From Nitrospirota bacterium (GTDB lineage: Bacteria; Nitrospirota; Thermodesulfovibrionia; Thermodesulfovibrionales; Dissulfurispiraceae), in assembly GCA_040758355.1 (NCBI GenBank), contig JBFLWF010000014.1, positions 1 to 64,000 of the forward strand: a stretch of 64,000 nucleotides of DNA. The letters run 5' to 3'. A program made the position numbers and the translations under genes. Position 1 is the stretch's first letter; every line of letters starts with the position of its first letter. Shown here in pieces: positions 49,286-58,203 of this stretch. The notes beneath the pieces were generated by a model. The model saw only the letters and a list, made by a program, of their open reading frames with translations, did not search any database and had not been told where the DNA came from.

Positions 49286-50178
49286 TGAGGTCATTTAGAG
49301 AAATAAAATTACATTACAATTTCACTGCAGAGGATGAAAAGCGGCTTGCCTCTTTGCAAAATCTCATGGCCGAAAATGCGGATAAGGCAATGGACGCCCT
49401 TCATTCGTGGATATTACAGACAAAACAGGCCGCAGCCTTTTTTACGGAAGAGCGCAGGAGGATCCATATATTCGGTGCTCAAAAGAAATGGTTTTTAGAC
49501 CTTTTTGGCGGGAACTACGATAATACCTATTATGAAGTTTTAATAAGGATAGGGCAGACCCATGTGAAGAAGCTTGTGGATGCCCACTTCATGAACCGTG
49601 CTGTGAATATAATAAGGAATTTCTGTGTCAATGTTATTAACAGCCAGATTGAAGATGTGGATGAGCGGGCGAGGCTCCTGATCTCTGTCGAGAAGATCCT
49701 CGATATAAACCTCGATATAATTACTTCCTCATATATAGAGGAAGAGTTGAGGACATACTCCCCTGCCTACAGGGTTAGGAATGCCCTGATAAGCTTTTCA
49801 GAGCGTTTTTCCCAGTCCATGAATCTTGTCCTTATACTTGCACTCATAGGCCTTACACTGGGCGTGGTCGGGCTGTTTGCCTATGATGTGAGAAATCTTG
49901 TTACAGGCAATCTCGAACACGGGATCATCTCTGCCCTCGGTTCGATGCTGATATTGTGGGTGATGATAGAGCTTATGAACACCGAAATCGCACACCTTAA
50001 GGGCGGAAAGTTCCATATAAGCGTCTTTATAGGAGTCGCCCTCGTCACCATTATAAGAGAGACAATGATCGCCACGCTTAAACACGAAAGGCCGGAGACC
50101 ATATATTATCTTATCGCAGCTATATTGGTTATAGGAATAGTTTACTGGCTCGTAAAAAGAACGGAGGATAGAGGATAA
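49285..50178 (+). CDS. Protoglobin-like sensor domain fused to a PsiE-like membrane domain
   Basis: FTAEDEKRL...IGQTHV globin-sensor pattern; C-terminal TMs with VALVTIIRE. Confidence 0.75.
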   Translation: MRSFREIKLHYNFTAEDEKRLASLQNLMAENADKAMDALHSWILQTKQAAAFFTEERRRIHIFGAQKKWFLDLFGGNYDNTYYEVLIRIGQTHVKKLVDAHFMNRAVNIIRNFCVNVINSQIEDVDERARLLISVEKILDINLDIITSSYIEEELRTYSPAYRVRNALISFSERFSQSMNLVLILALIGLTLGVVGLFAYDVRNLVTGNLEHGIISALGSMLILWVMIELMNTEIAHLKGGKFHISVFIGVALVTIIRETMIATLKHERPETIYYLIAAILVIGIVYWLVKRTEDRG

Positions 50179-51452
50179 TGAAGGTTCTTGTTATAGGGAG
50201 CGGGGGAAGGGAGCATGCCATTGTGTGGAAGCTCTCCCAGTCGAGGCATGTGGACAAAATATACTGTGCCACAGGCAATGCAGGAATAGCAGAGATAGCC
50301 GAATGCATCGATGTGGATATGTCGAATTTCGATGCATTGCTTGATCTTGTGAGGTATGAATGGATAGACCTTACCATTGTAGGCCCCGAAGACCCGCTTT
50401 CAAGAGGAATTGTGGATGCATTCGAAAAGGAGGGCAGGAGGATACTCGGCCCAACAAAGGCAGCAGCACAGCTTGAGTCGAGCAAGGTCTTTGCAAAGGA
50501 GTTTATGAAGAAGCACCGCATACCAACTGCCGAATACAAGGTGTTTACATCGTATCTCCATGCAGAGGATTATGTGAGGATGAAAGGCGCCCCCATTGTT
50601 ATAAAGGCTGACGGCCTTGCTGCAGGCAAAGGGGTTATTGTCGCATCAACAGTGGATGAGGCCATAGATGCATTGAGGCTTATTATGAAGGATAGGGCAT
50701 TCGGCAATGCAGGGAATAAGGTAATTGTGGAGGAATGTCTTAAGGGAGAAGAGGCGTCATTTATGGTATTTACAGACGGAAAGACTATTGTTCCGATGGT
50801 AAGCTCTCAGGACCATAAAAGGGTTTTCGATTATGACAAGGGGCCGAACACAGGCGGAATGGGCGCATACAGTCCCGCTCCAGTTATTACAAAGGAACTC
50901 GAATCCGTGGTAATGGACACAATAATGAGACCGACCATCGAAGGGCTTAGAAGCGAGGGGATAAAGTATAAAGGGATCTTATACGCAGGTTTAATGATCG
51001 ATAACGGCCAGCCCAATGTCCTTGAATTCAACTGCAGGCTTGGAGACCCTGAGACGCAGCCGGTACTCTTAAGACTCGATACAGACCTTGTGGACATTTG
51101 CATGGCAATAGCTGATGAAAAGCTGTCTGATGTGAATATCGAATGGAAGGATGAGGCATCCGTATGCGTTGTGCTCGCATCAGGGGGATACCCCGGAAAA
51201 TATGAGAAGGGAAAGATTATCTCAGGTCTTAATGATGCGAAGACAATGGACGAAGTGGTTGTCTTTCACGCAGGCACTGCCTTTAACAACAACGAAACAG
51301 TCACAAATGGCGGCAGGGTATTGGGAGTCACGGCGCTGGGCAAAGGTATAAAGGCTGCAAAAGAAAGGGCCTATGAAGCTATCAAAAAGATACATTTTGA
51401 AGGCATGCACTACAGAAATGATATTGCAGATAAAGCTTTGAATAGAGGATGA
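50178..51452 (+). CDS. purD: Phosphoribosylamine-glycine ligase
   Basis: GSGGREHA, KADGLAAGKG, NTGGMG, GDPETQ. Confidence 0.98.
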   Translation: MKVLVIGSGGREHAIVWKLSQSRHVDKIYCATGNAGIAEIAECIDVDMSNFDALLDLVRYEWIDLTIVGPEDPLSRGIVDAFEKEGRRILGPTKAAAQLESSKVFAKEFMKKHRIPTAEYKVFTSYLHAEDYVRMKGAPIVIKADGLAAGKGVIVASTVDEAIDALRLIMKDRAFGNAGNKVIVEECLKGEEASFMVFTDGKTIVPMVSSQDHKRVFDYDKGPNTGGMGAYSPAPVITKELESVVMDTIMRPTIEGLRSEGIKYKGILYAGLMIDNGQPNVLEFNCRLGDPETQPVLLRLDTDLVDICMAIADEKLSDVNIEWKDEASVCVVLASGGYPGKYEKGKIISGLNDAKTMDEVVVFHAGTAFNNNETVTNGGRVLGVTALGKGIKAAKERAYEAIKKIHFEGMHYRNDIADKALNRG

Positions 51453-52327
51453 AAACTCATTTAGACTGTTTCCCCTGCTTTTTGAGGCAGACATTGATTG
51501 CTGTCAGGCTCGGCACAAAGGACGAGGCGCTTCAGGCAGAAGTGCTGAAGGGTGTTATGGATGAGATTAAGGCAACCGACATGTCTCAGCCTCCTGCATA
51601 TTCCACAACATTCCTGCACAGGAAAATAAGGCAGATTCTCGGCAAGGACCCTTTCAAGGAAATAAAATCAGAATATAATCAGATAGCGCTTGGCCTGTAT
51701 CCTGAACTCAAAAAGAAGGTTGAAAGAAGCCGCGATCCCCTGTGGACTGCTTCAAGGCTTGCCATTGCAGGTAACGTTATAGATTTCGGCATATTCACAT
51801 CCGTAGATATTATCGGGACGATCGAAAAGGCGCTCCACAGCCCAATCACTGTTGATGAATACAAATCCTTTAAAGATGCAGTGGAGAAAAATTCGGAAAT
51901 CCTCTATCTGCTTGACAATGCCGGTGAGATATTGTTCGACAGAATTCTTATCGAGGTTTTGACGGGCATGGGTAAAAAGGTCAAGGCTGTTGTAAAAGGA
52001 GAGGCTGTATTGAACGATTCAACAATTGAGGATGCTGAAGAAGTCGGCCTTACTAATGTCTGCGAGATTATTGATAACGGCTCTGACTGCATCGGCACTA
52101 TTCTGGAATTCACATCTTCTGAATTTAATAAAGATTTTAAAAGCGCCGGCCTTATAATAAGCAAAGGACAGGGAAATTTTGAGACTGTATATATCCCCGA
52201 GATTATGTCAGGGGCACGGGATATCTTCTTCCTTTTCCAGTCAAAATGCGATGTAGTTTCAAAGGAACTGGGGCTTTCAAAGGGTTCCATGCTGCTTATG
52301 AAGAAGGCTTCCCCCTTGGAGACTTAA
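51449..52327 (+). CDS. DUF89/ARMT1-like damage-control phosphatase
   Basis: CFPC, GNVID, DNAGE, KGQGNFE, KC. Confidence 0.9.
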   Translation: MKTHLDCFPCFLRQTLIAVRLGTKDEALQAEVLKGVMDEIKATDMSQPPAYSTTFLHRKIRQILGKDPFKEIKSEYNQIALGLYPELKKKVERSRDPLWTASRLAIAGNVIDFGIFTSVDIIGTIEKALHSPITVDEYKSFKDAVEKNSEILYLLDNAGEILFDRILIEVLTGMGKKVKAVVKGEAVLNDSTIEDAEEVGLTNVCEIIDNGSDCIGTILEFTSSEFNKDFKSAGLIISKGQGNFETVYIPEIMSGARDIFFLFQSKCDVVSKELGLSKGSMLLMKKASPLET

Positions 52328-52376
52328 AGAATTACAAAAGTTTATTAATCAATAAAAAAATTAAACCTCCAAAACC

Positions 52377-52405
52377 TTGACATTTAAACGGGATTAATTT
52401 AAGAT
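52377..52405 (+). promoter_or_regulatory. Sigma70 promoter of atpB-atpE
   Basis: TTGACA-N17-TAAGAT. Confidence 0.75.
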
Positions 52406-52435
52406 AGCTCTTAATTTTCTCAGAGGAGGCTCACC

Positions 52436-53113
52436 GTGGAAGCACCGACAATATTACATGCAGTAATGCCTAATATTCCGCCTTATGTTTCTTATTCGTG
52501 GCTTGCAATGGGTGTTTTAATCGTCACTGCCCTTGCTGTAAAGAGCAAGCTGAGCCTTATTCCTTCAGGACTTCAAAATTTCATGGAGGTTGTTGCGGAT
52601 TTTGCGCTGAATCTCTCGCGAAATAATATAGGCCATCACTGGGGGGATAAGTTTTATCCCTTAATCGGAACCATTTTTATTTATATTCTGACATGCAATT
52701 TTATGGGTCTGATACCCGGCTTTGAAGCGCCTACAGGCAATATAAACACAACTGCCTCGATGGCAGTGCCTGTATTTTTTATTTATCAGTTTTATGGGAT
52801 CAAGGTTCACGGCATAAAGTATTTAAATCATTTTCTCGGCCCGATGAGGTCAATATATGCCTTGCCTCTTATGATAATGATGTTTTTCATCGAACTCATC
52901 GGTCATCTTGTCAGACCTATCACGCTTTCTGTCAGGCTTTTCGGCAACATGATGGCAAAGCATATGCTTTTGATGATACTCGGCTTATTGGTGCCTGCTG
53001 TTGTGCCTGTTGCAATACTCGGACTTGGCGTGCTTGTAAGCGTTATCCAGGCCTATGTCTTTGCGCTGCTGGCAACATTGTATATTGCCGGCGCTGTAGA
53101 AGAAGGCCATTAA
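52436..53113 (+). CDS. atpB: F0 ATP synthase subunit a
   Basis: PSGLQNF, RPITLSVRLFGN, IQAYVF. Confidence 0.96.
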   Translation: MEAPTILHAVMPNIPPYVSYSWLAMGVLIVTALAVKSKLSLIPSGLQNFMEVVADFALNLSRNNIGHHWGDKFYPLIGTIFIYILTCNFMGLIPGFEAPTGNINTTASMAVPVFFIYQFYGIKVHGIKYLNHFLGPMRSIYALPLMIMMFFIELIGHLVRPITLSVRLFGNMMAKHMLLMILGLLVPAVVPVAILGLGVLVSVIQAYVFALLATLYIAGAVEEGH

Positions 53114-53144
53114 TATAATCTCTAAGGAAAGGAGGAAATGAGCA

Positions 53145-53498
53145 ATGAAGAAAATGTTTTCTCTCATGTTACTCGCATTGATTGCAATTGCACTGCTTGC
53201 ACCGGTTGCCTTTGCTGAAGAGGCTGCCAAGGCAGCAGATGCAAATGCTGCAAAACTCAGCTACTATGGCATGGCTGTTTTAGGTTCAGGCCTTGCAATC
53301 GGCCTTGCTGCTTTAGGAACCGGAATCGGTCAGGGTATCGGCTTGAGGGGTGCAACAGAAGGCGTGGCAAGAAACCCGGGCGCATCAGGCAAGATCACCA
53401 CAACCCTTATCATCGGTCTTGCAATGATCGAGTCTCTTGCTATTTATGCCCTTGTTGTCGTTCTTATCGTTCTTTTTGCAAATCCTTTCAAACTTTAA
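53145..53498 (+). CDS. atpE: F0 ATP synthase subunit c with N-terminal extension
   Basis: GTGIGQG, ARNP, IESLAIY. Confidence 0.96.
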   Translation: MKKMFSLMLLALIAIALLAPVAFAEEAAKAADANAAKLSYYGMAVLGSGLAIGLAALGTGIGQGIGLRGATEGVARNPGASGKITTTLIIGLAMIESLAIYALVVVLIVLFANPFKL

Positions 53499-53527
53499 TT
53501 TTTTCACTACATTTCATAAGAAAGGGC

Positions 53528-53549
53528 GGGGACTCCATACGGAGTCCCC
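53528..53549. terminator. Hairpin between convergent atpE and cytidylyltransferase genes
   Basis: GGGGACTCC-ATAC-GGAGTCCCC. Confidence 0.75.
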
Positions 53550-53552
53550 AAT

Positions 53553-53954
53553 TTATTTGCTGTCTCTGAAATACGATGATTTGTATTTTTCCGGATGGAA
53601 TGATGCGAGCCTTACAACTTTGCAGTTCGGAAACCTCTTTAATATCTCATCCTCCGAGACCCGCTGGTCATATCCGAGGGCTATAATATCCGGCTCAAGC
53701 TCTTTCAGTATCTGAAATAGGTCTGTGTCGAGATTGCCTAAGACAACCATATCAGGTATTCCTGTATCTTCAACATTATTCCTTCGGAGCCTCTCATCGT
53801 GGGTTGGAAGAAATCCTTTAATCCTTTTCACTGTCTCGTCCCTTGCGACAATCACGATAAGCTCATCACCCAGTATCTTTGCCTGTTTCAGAAAATCTAT
53901 ATGCCCTTTGTGCAGGTGGTCGAAAGTCCCTGCACAGACCACTTTTTTCTTCAT
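53553..53954 (-). CDS. Cytidylyltransferase-family protein (RibL-like FAD synthase)
   Basis: GTFDHLHKGH, VARD, PDIIALGYDQ. Confidence 0.8.
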   Translation of the reverse strand: MKKKVVCAGTFDHLHKGHIDFLKQAKILGDELIVIVARDETVKRIKGFLPTHDERLRRNNVEDTGIPDMVVLGNLDTDLFQILKELEPDIIALGYDQRVSEDEILKRFPNCKVVRLASFHPEKYKSSYFRDSK

Positions 53955-54049
53955 GGATTAAATGATACCAGAATGCTCAATCCTTGACAATCCTTGCTTA
54001 GGGATGGTATTGTTTTATACTTTCCTTTGTTTATCACAAAGCTTTAAAC

Positions 54050-54122
<73 letters not shown>

Positions 54123-54129
54123 CTCTTAA

Positions 54130-54702
54130 TTACTTCATCTCTTGCTCTGCCGGTGATGGTTTTGAAAATGGAGACCTGCATACAGCTTTATGCAGTGCTT
54201 CATCGTCCGATTCCGGGACAATAGGCTTCCATTCAGAATACGGAGATTCGGATTTTGCCAACAGATTACTGTCCTTTGTGTAATCCGCTTCTGATATTGA
54301 ACGAGACATCTTATCCGAACAGTTTATTTCTTTCATGGCCATTGTATACTCATAGTTTTCATAACCTTTTATGGACACTCCCAGTCTTTTATTCTCCTGT
54401 ATTTGCCAATTCCTGCCATCTTCGCCCTTAGTAACACGTTTTGTCCATACTGTAACTATTTTTTTTCTGAAAAAATCGAGGACAGTTTTTAATGGATCCG
54501 GTGCTTCCACATTGTGATAAGAATAGAAGTTTTGCGTCTCGGCATAAAGTTTCCAGTCTGCGCCATATGCATAATTGCAGTAAAGGGCTATCAGCCAAAA
54601 AGCTAAGATGATAATCCCAAATTTTGATAATAATCCAGTTTTTGTCATACTGTATCCTTTTATGTTGGAATTAATTGTAAAACAAAAGCACCTGCTTTGC
54701 AA
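54130..54702 (-). CDS. Exported protein, surface-adhesin E-like
   Basis: Signal peptide, ADWKLY...VWTK...EINC...WKPIVPES...C. True start probably MTKTG. Confidence 0.6.
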   Translation of the reverse strand: MQSRCFCFTINSNIKGYSMTKTGLLSKFGIIILAFWLIALYCNYAYGADWKLYAETQNFYSYHNVEAPDPLKTVLDFFRKKIVTVWTKRVTKGEDGRNWQIQENKRLGVSIKGYENYEYTMAMKEINCSDKMSRSISEADYTKDSNLLAKSESPYSEWKPIVPESDDEALHKAVCRSPFSKPSPAEQEMK

Positions 54703-54707
54703 AGAGA

Positions 54708-55226
54708 TTAAGCCTTTATCTCTTTCAGTATCTCTAACAGGAGGGCATCCCTGTTTCCATATGTAATCTCAAAAAGCCGTATGTCGTTCCTTTTCTTTAT
54801 TTCCGCGATTGTGCTGCCACCTTTAATGGCAATGGTTGCAATAACAAGTTTTCCGGAATTGAGAATTTCCTTTATGAGGTTTCTGAATTTATCTGAAAAG
54901 CACTCCATTTTTCCGATTTCATCTATGATGACGATATTGGTTTCAGAGGATAGGAATGCGATGGAGTCAAGGAATTCCTCAAAGCCTTTGATGTCAACAT
55001 TGTATTTACTGACCCTGTAAGGGCTTTTTATGTCAACATGTGAAAGGAGTCCCTTTTTCCCATCAAGGCTTATTAACTCAAATCCCTTTCTGATGCCTTT
55101 CTCTCTAATTTCTGCTGTATAGAAACCAACTGGATGGAAGTCCTTTAGTTCTTCAGCGAGCTTTCTGATGAGTGTTGTCTTGCCAACACCTGGGATGCCT
55201 GTGATGAGGATGTTTTTTATTATCAC
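54708..55226 (-). CDS. NTPase_1/THEP1 family nucleoside triphosphatase
   Basis: GIPGVGKTT, GFYT, IDEIGKME. Confidence 0.9.
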   Translation of the reverse strand: MIIKNILITGIPGVGKTTLIRKLAEELKDFHPVGFYTAEIREKGIRKGFELISLDGKKGLLSHVDIKSPYRVSKYNVDIKGFEEFLDSIAFLSSETNIVIIDEIGKMECFSDKFRNLIKEILNSGKLVIATIAIKGGSTIAEIKKRNDIRLFEITYGNRDALLLEILKEIKA

Positions 55227-56629
55227 TCCCTCCTTGCTATTCCTGTTTTGTGCGCTGCTTCTGAGACTTTTGCAGCGACCTCGGCAACCACTCTTCTGTC
55301 GAATATACTCGGCACAATATAGTCTTCACTCAAATCCTTTTCGTCCACCATCGATGCTATTGCCATTGAAGCAGCAAGCTTTATCTCGTCATTCACCTCT
55401 TTTGCCCTTGAATTCAGAAGCCCCCTGAAGAGTCCCGGAAAACAAAGCATATTGTTTATCTGGTTTGGATAATCCGACCTGCCTGTTGCGAATATCCTTG
55501 CATGCGGTATGGCATCCTCCGAAGAAATCTCCGGCTCTGGATTTGCAAGGGCAAATACTATCGGGTCACGGGACATTCTCTTTATATCATCAACACTTAT
55601 GAGGTTTGGCGCTGATACGCCTATAAATACATCCGCACCGGCCATTGCATCGGAAAGACCTCCCTTAATCATCCCCGGGTTTGTATTTTCAGAAATCCAT
55701 TCCTTTACGGCATTCATATGCTCTTTCCTGCCTTTATAAATCGCACCTGCCCTGTCGCAGACAATGATGTCTTTTATGCCGATTTTTATAAGCATCTTGC
55801 ATGTTGCTGTTCCTGCAGCGCCTGCACCGGATATTACTGCCTTTAAATCTTCTAATTTTCCCCCAACTACCTTAACCGCATTAATCAGAGCTGCAAGTAT
55901 TACCACTGCTGTGCCGTGCTGGTCATCGTGAAATACAGGAATATCAAGTTCTATCTTCAGCCTCTCTTCTATTTCGAAACACCTCGGCGCAGATATGTCC
56001 TCAAGATTTATTCCTCCAAATGCAGGCGAGATGTATTTCGCAACCTTTATTATCTCTTCTGTGTCCCTTGTCGAAAGGGCTATAGGAAATGCATCAATAT
56101 CCGCAAACTCTTTAAATAGCATAGCCTTGCCTTCCATCACTGGCATTGCTGCCTCCGGCCCTATGTCTCCGAGGCCGAGCACGGCGCTTCCGTCAGTAAC
56201 GATTGCAACAGAGTTTCTCTTTATTGTGAATCTATATGCCTTTTCTTTATCGTGGTGTATTGCAGTGCAGACCCTTGCAACTCCAGGTGTATAGACCATG
56301 GAAAGGTCATTTCTGTTTTTCACAGGAACCTTATTGTGTATCTCTATCTTGCCTCCATGATGCATGAGGAATGTCATATCAGAGACATGGATGACTTTTA
56401 CCCCTTCTACTTTCTTTGCGCTTTCAACTATTTGTTTCTCGTGGGCCTCGTCCCTTGCATTTACAGTGATGTCCCTGATTATTACGCCTTTGCCAACACT
56501 GACGATGTCGACAGCGCCTATGTCTCCCCCCACATTCCCGATGGCAGTTGCAACCTTGCCGAACATCCCCGGTTTATTGATCACTTCTATTCTTAGAGTT
56601 ATGCTGTAGCTTGGGCCAGGTATTTTCAT
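55223..56629 (-). CDS. NAD(P)-dependent malic enzyme with N-terminal ACT domain
   Basis: YTPGVA, PVMEGKA, INLEDI, DDQHGTA, GRSDYPNQINN. Confidence 0.94.
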   Translation of the reverse strand: MKIPGPSYSITLRIEVINKPGMFGKVATAIGNVGGDIGAVDIVSVGKGVIIRDITVNARDEAHEKQIVESAKKVEGVKVIHVSDMTFLMHHGGKIEIHNKVPVKNRNDLSMVYTPGVARVCTAIHHDKEKAYRFTIKRNSVAIVTDGSAVLGLGDIGPEAAMPVMEGKAMLFKEFADIDAFPIALSTRDTEEIIKVAKYISPAFGGINLEDISAPRCFEIEERLKIELDIPVFHDDQHGTAVVILAALINAVKVVGGKLEDLKAVISGAGAAGTATCKMLIKIGIKDIIVCDRAGAIYKGRKEHMNAVKEWISENTNPGMIKGGLSDAMAGADVFIGVSAPNLISVDDIKRMSRDPIVFALANPEPEISSEDAIPHARIFATGRSDYPNQINNMLCFPGLFRGLLNSRAKEVNDEIKLAASMAIASMVDEKDLSEDYIVPSIFDRRVVAEVAAKVSEAAHKTGIARRE

Positions 56630-56677
56630 AAGGTAATTATATCCTAAATTGATGGAGTGTGGTTTATAATTAGTTTG

Positions 56678-57328
56678 ATGATAAGAAATTTATGGCCGGA
56701 TGACATTTCAGAGGCAAAGAAAATTCAGGATGTCCTGAGAAAGAAAGTGAAGATTATACCTCTGAAAAAGACGCCCGAAATAATCGCAGGGGTCGATGCT
56801 GCATTTGCCGATGATAAAGTTGTAGCAGTTGCCACTCTCTATGAATATCCAGAGTTAAAGCACCTGCATGATGCCTTTTCTGTAGAAAAAATACGATTTC
56901 CCTATATCCCCGGCCTGCTCTCCTTTAGAGAAGGACATGCCATTATCAATGCCATCAGGAAATTAAATATAAAGCCTGACCTGATACTCTTTGACGGTCA
57001 GGGCATAGCGCACCCAAAGGGAATCGGCATTGCATCCCATATCGGTGTGATTTTGAACATCCCAGCCATAGGGTGTGCAAAATCGAGGCTTGTGGGAGAA
57101 TTTGAAGAGCCTGCTGTTACAAAGGGAAGCTGGGCATATCTATATTACAAAGGCATGAAGGTAGGCGCAGTATTAAGAACAAGGAGCAGTGTGAAGCCTG
57201 TTTTTGTTTCCCCTGGGCATATGATTGATATAGATTCATCCATAGAGATTGTGATGAAGTGCGTTTTCAGATACAGGATACCTGAGCCATTGAGAAGGGC
57301 TGATCATCTTTCAAAGAAATATAAATAG
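56678..57328 (+). CDS. nfi: Endonuclease V
   Basis: GVD, PYIPGLLSFRE, DGQGIAHP, GCAKS, PEPLR. Confidence 0.95.
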   Translation: MIRNLWPDDISEAKKIQDVLRKKVKIIPLKKTPEIIAGVDAAFADDKVVAVATLYEYPELKHLHDAFSVEKIRFPYIPGLLSFREGHAIINAIRKLNIKPDLILFDGQGIAHPKGIGIASHIGVILNIPAIGCAKSRLVGEFEEPAVTKGSWAYLYYKGMKVGAVLRTRSSVKPVFVSPGHMIDIDSSIEIVMKCVFRYRIPEPLRRADHLSKKYK

Positions 57329-57368
57329 ACGTAATATGATTTAATCCGAGCGATTCTTACCATTGAGA

Positions 57369-57537
57369 TATGCTGGCAGGTGCGTCGAAAAGACTTTAAA
57401 CCACGCCCTTGCAATGACATTTATCTTGTATCCGTATTCTACAACATTGGGTACTTGATGGATAATGCACTTTGTAATCATTCAGTTGCACATGAACCAA
57501 CACTTTTTAAAGTTTTTGAGCCGTGCCTGCCAGCATA
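57369..57537. repeat. Hairpin/MITE-like element, copy 2
   Basis: 32 bp terminal inverted repeats (26/32); core homologous to copy 1. Confidence 0.75.
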
Positions 57538-57599
57538 AAATTGCTCAATCTATGCATGAGAAAGTCAAGGCATATGCCTTCAGAACATTATTTTGTACA

Positions 57600-57950
57600 T
57601 TAGTGACGCTTTCTCAGATACATCCACGCATTTAATCCGCATAAAATAACGGTGAGTATAAAGATGGTATAACGAGGGAGTTCGATATATACGATTTTCT
57701 CTATATAATGCGGAATGAATGATCCCGTATAGGCGAGGGCAGGATCATGTTTTGACCTTAGCCATACCTCAAGATGGGTAAGCGGGCAGTACCAGTCGAA
57801 TATCTGTATGATAAAGGCAAAGATGAGACCCGAGATATGGAATATTTTTACAGCCTTGTACTTTACTCCTAAGAATGCACCGAATATCAAAAAGACTATC
57901 CAGAGGAAATGTATAATGACAACTATATCTGCAAGGATTTTATAAGGCAA
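57600..57950 (-). CDS. DUF2784 family membrane protein
   Basis: LAD...HFLW...CPLTHLE...FIPHY. Confidence 0.85.
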   Translation of the reverse strand: MPYKILADIVVIIHFLWIVFLIFGAFLGVKYKAVKIFHISGLIFAFIIQIFDWYCPLTHLEVWLRSKHDPALAYTGSFIPHYIEKIVYIELPRYTIFILTVILCGLNAWMYLRKRH

Positions 57951-57953
57951 ACA

Positions 57954-58172
57954 CTATCGCCTTCCTCTTTCATGTTTCTGACATTCGCTCATGATCTTTC
58001 TGATCTCCTCCGACTCTTTCGGTATTGTCCTTGTCCTTTCGCCCCTTACGTATTCTCCTTCGTACACGTCCCAGTCCCCATGCTGGTTGGCCACATATTT
58101 TACGCCATTACACTCATAGCAGGTAACAAATATACCGTTGTAGAAGGACTTTACATGGGTCTTCTTAACCAT
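57954..58172 (-). CDS. Small hypothetical protein with CxxC
   Basis: 72 aa ORF with GGAG SD. Confidence 0.65.
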   Translation of the reverse strand: MVKKTHVKSFYNGIFVTCYECNGVKYVANQHGDWDVYEGEYVRGERTRTIPKESEEIRKIMSECQKHERGRR

Positions 58173-58203
58173 CTCCCGAACACCTCCGTTGTATTAATAT
58201 AAT

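Noticed and set aside
57369..57537. Invertible promoter as the role of the hairpin family
   Set aside because: This copy lies between convergent genes and the IRs carry several mismatches; not excluded, but disfavoured.
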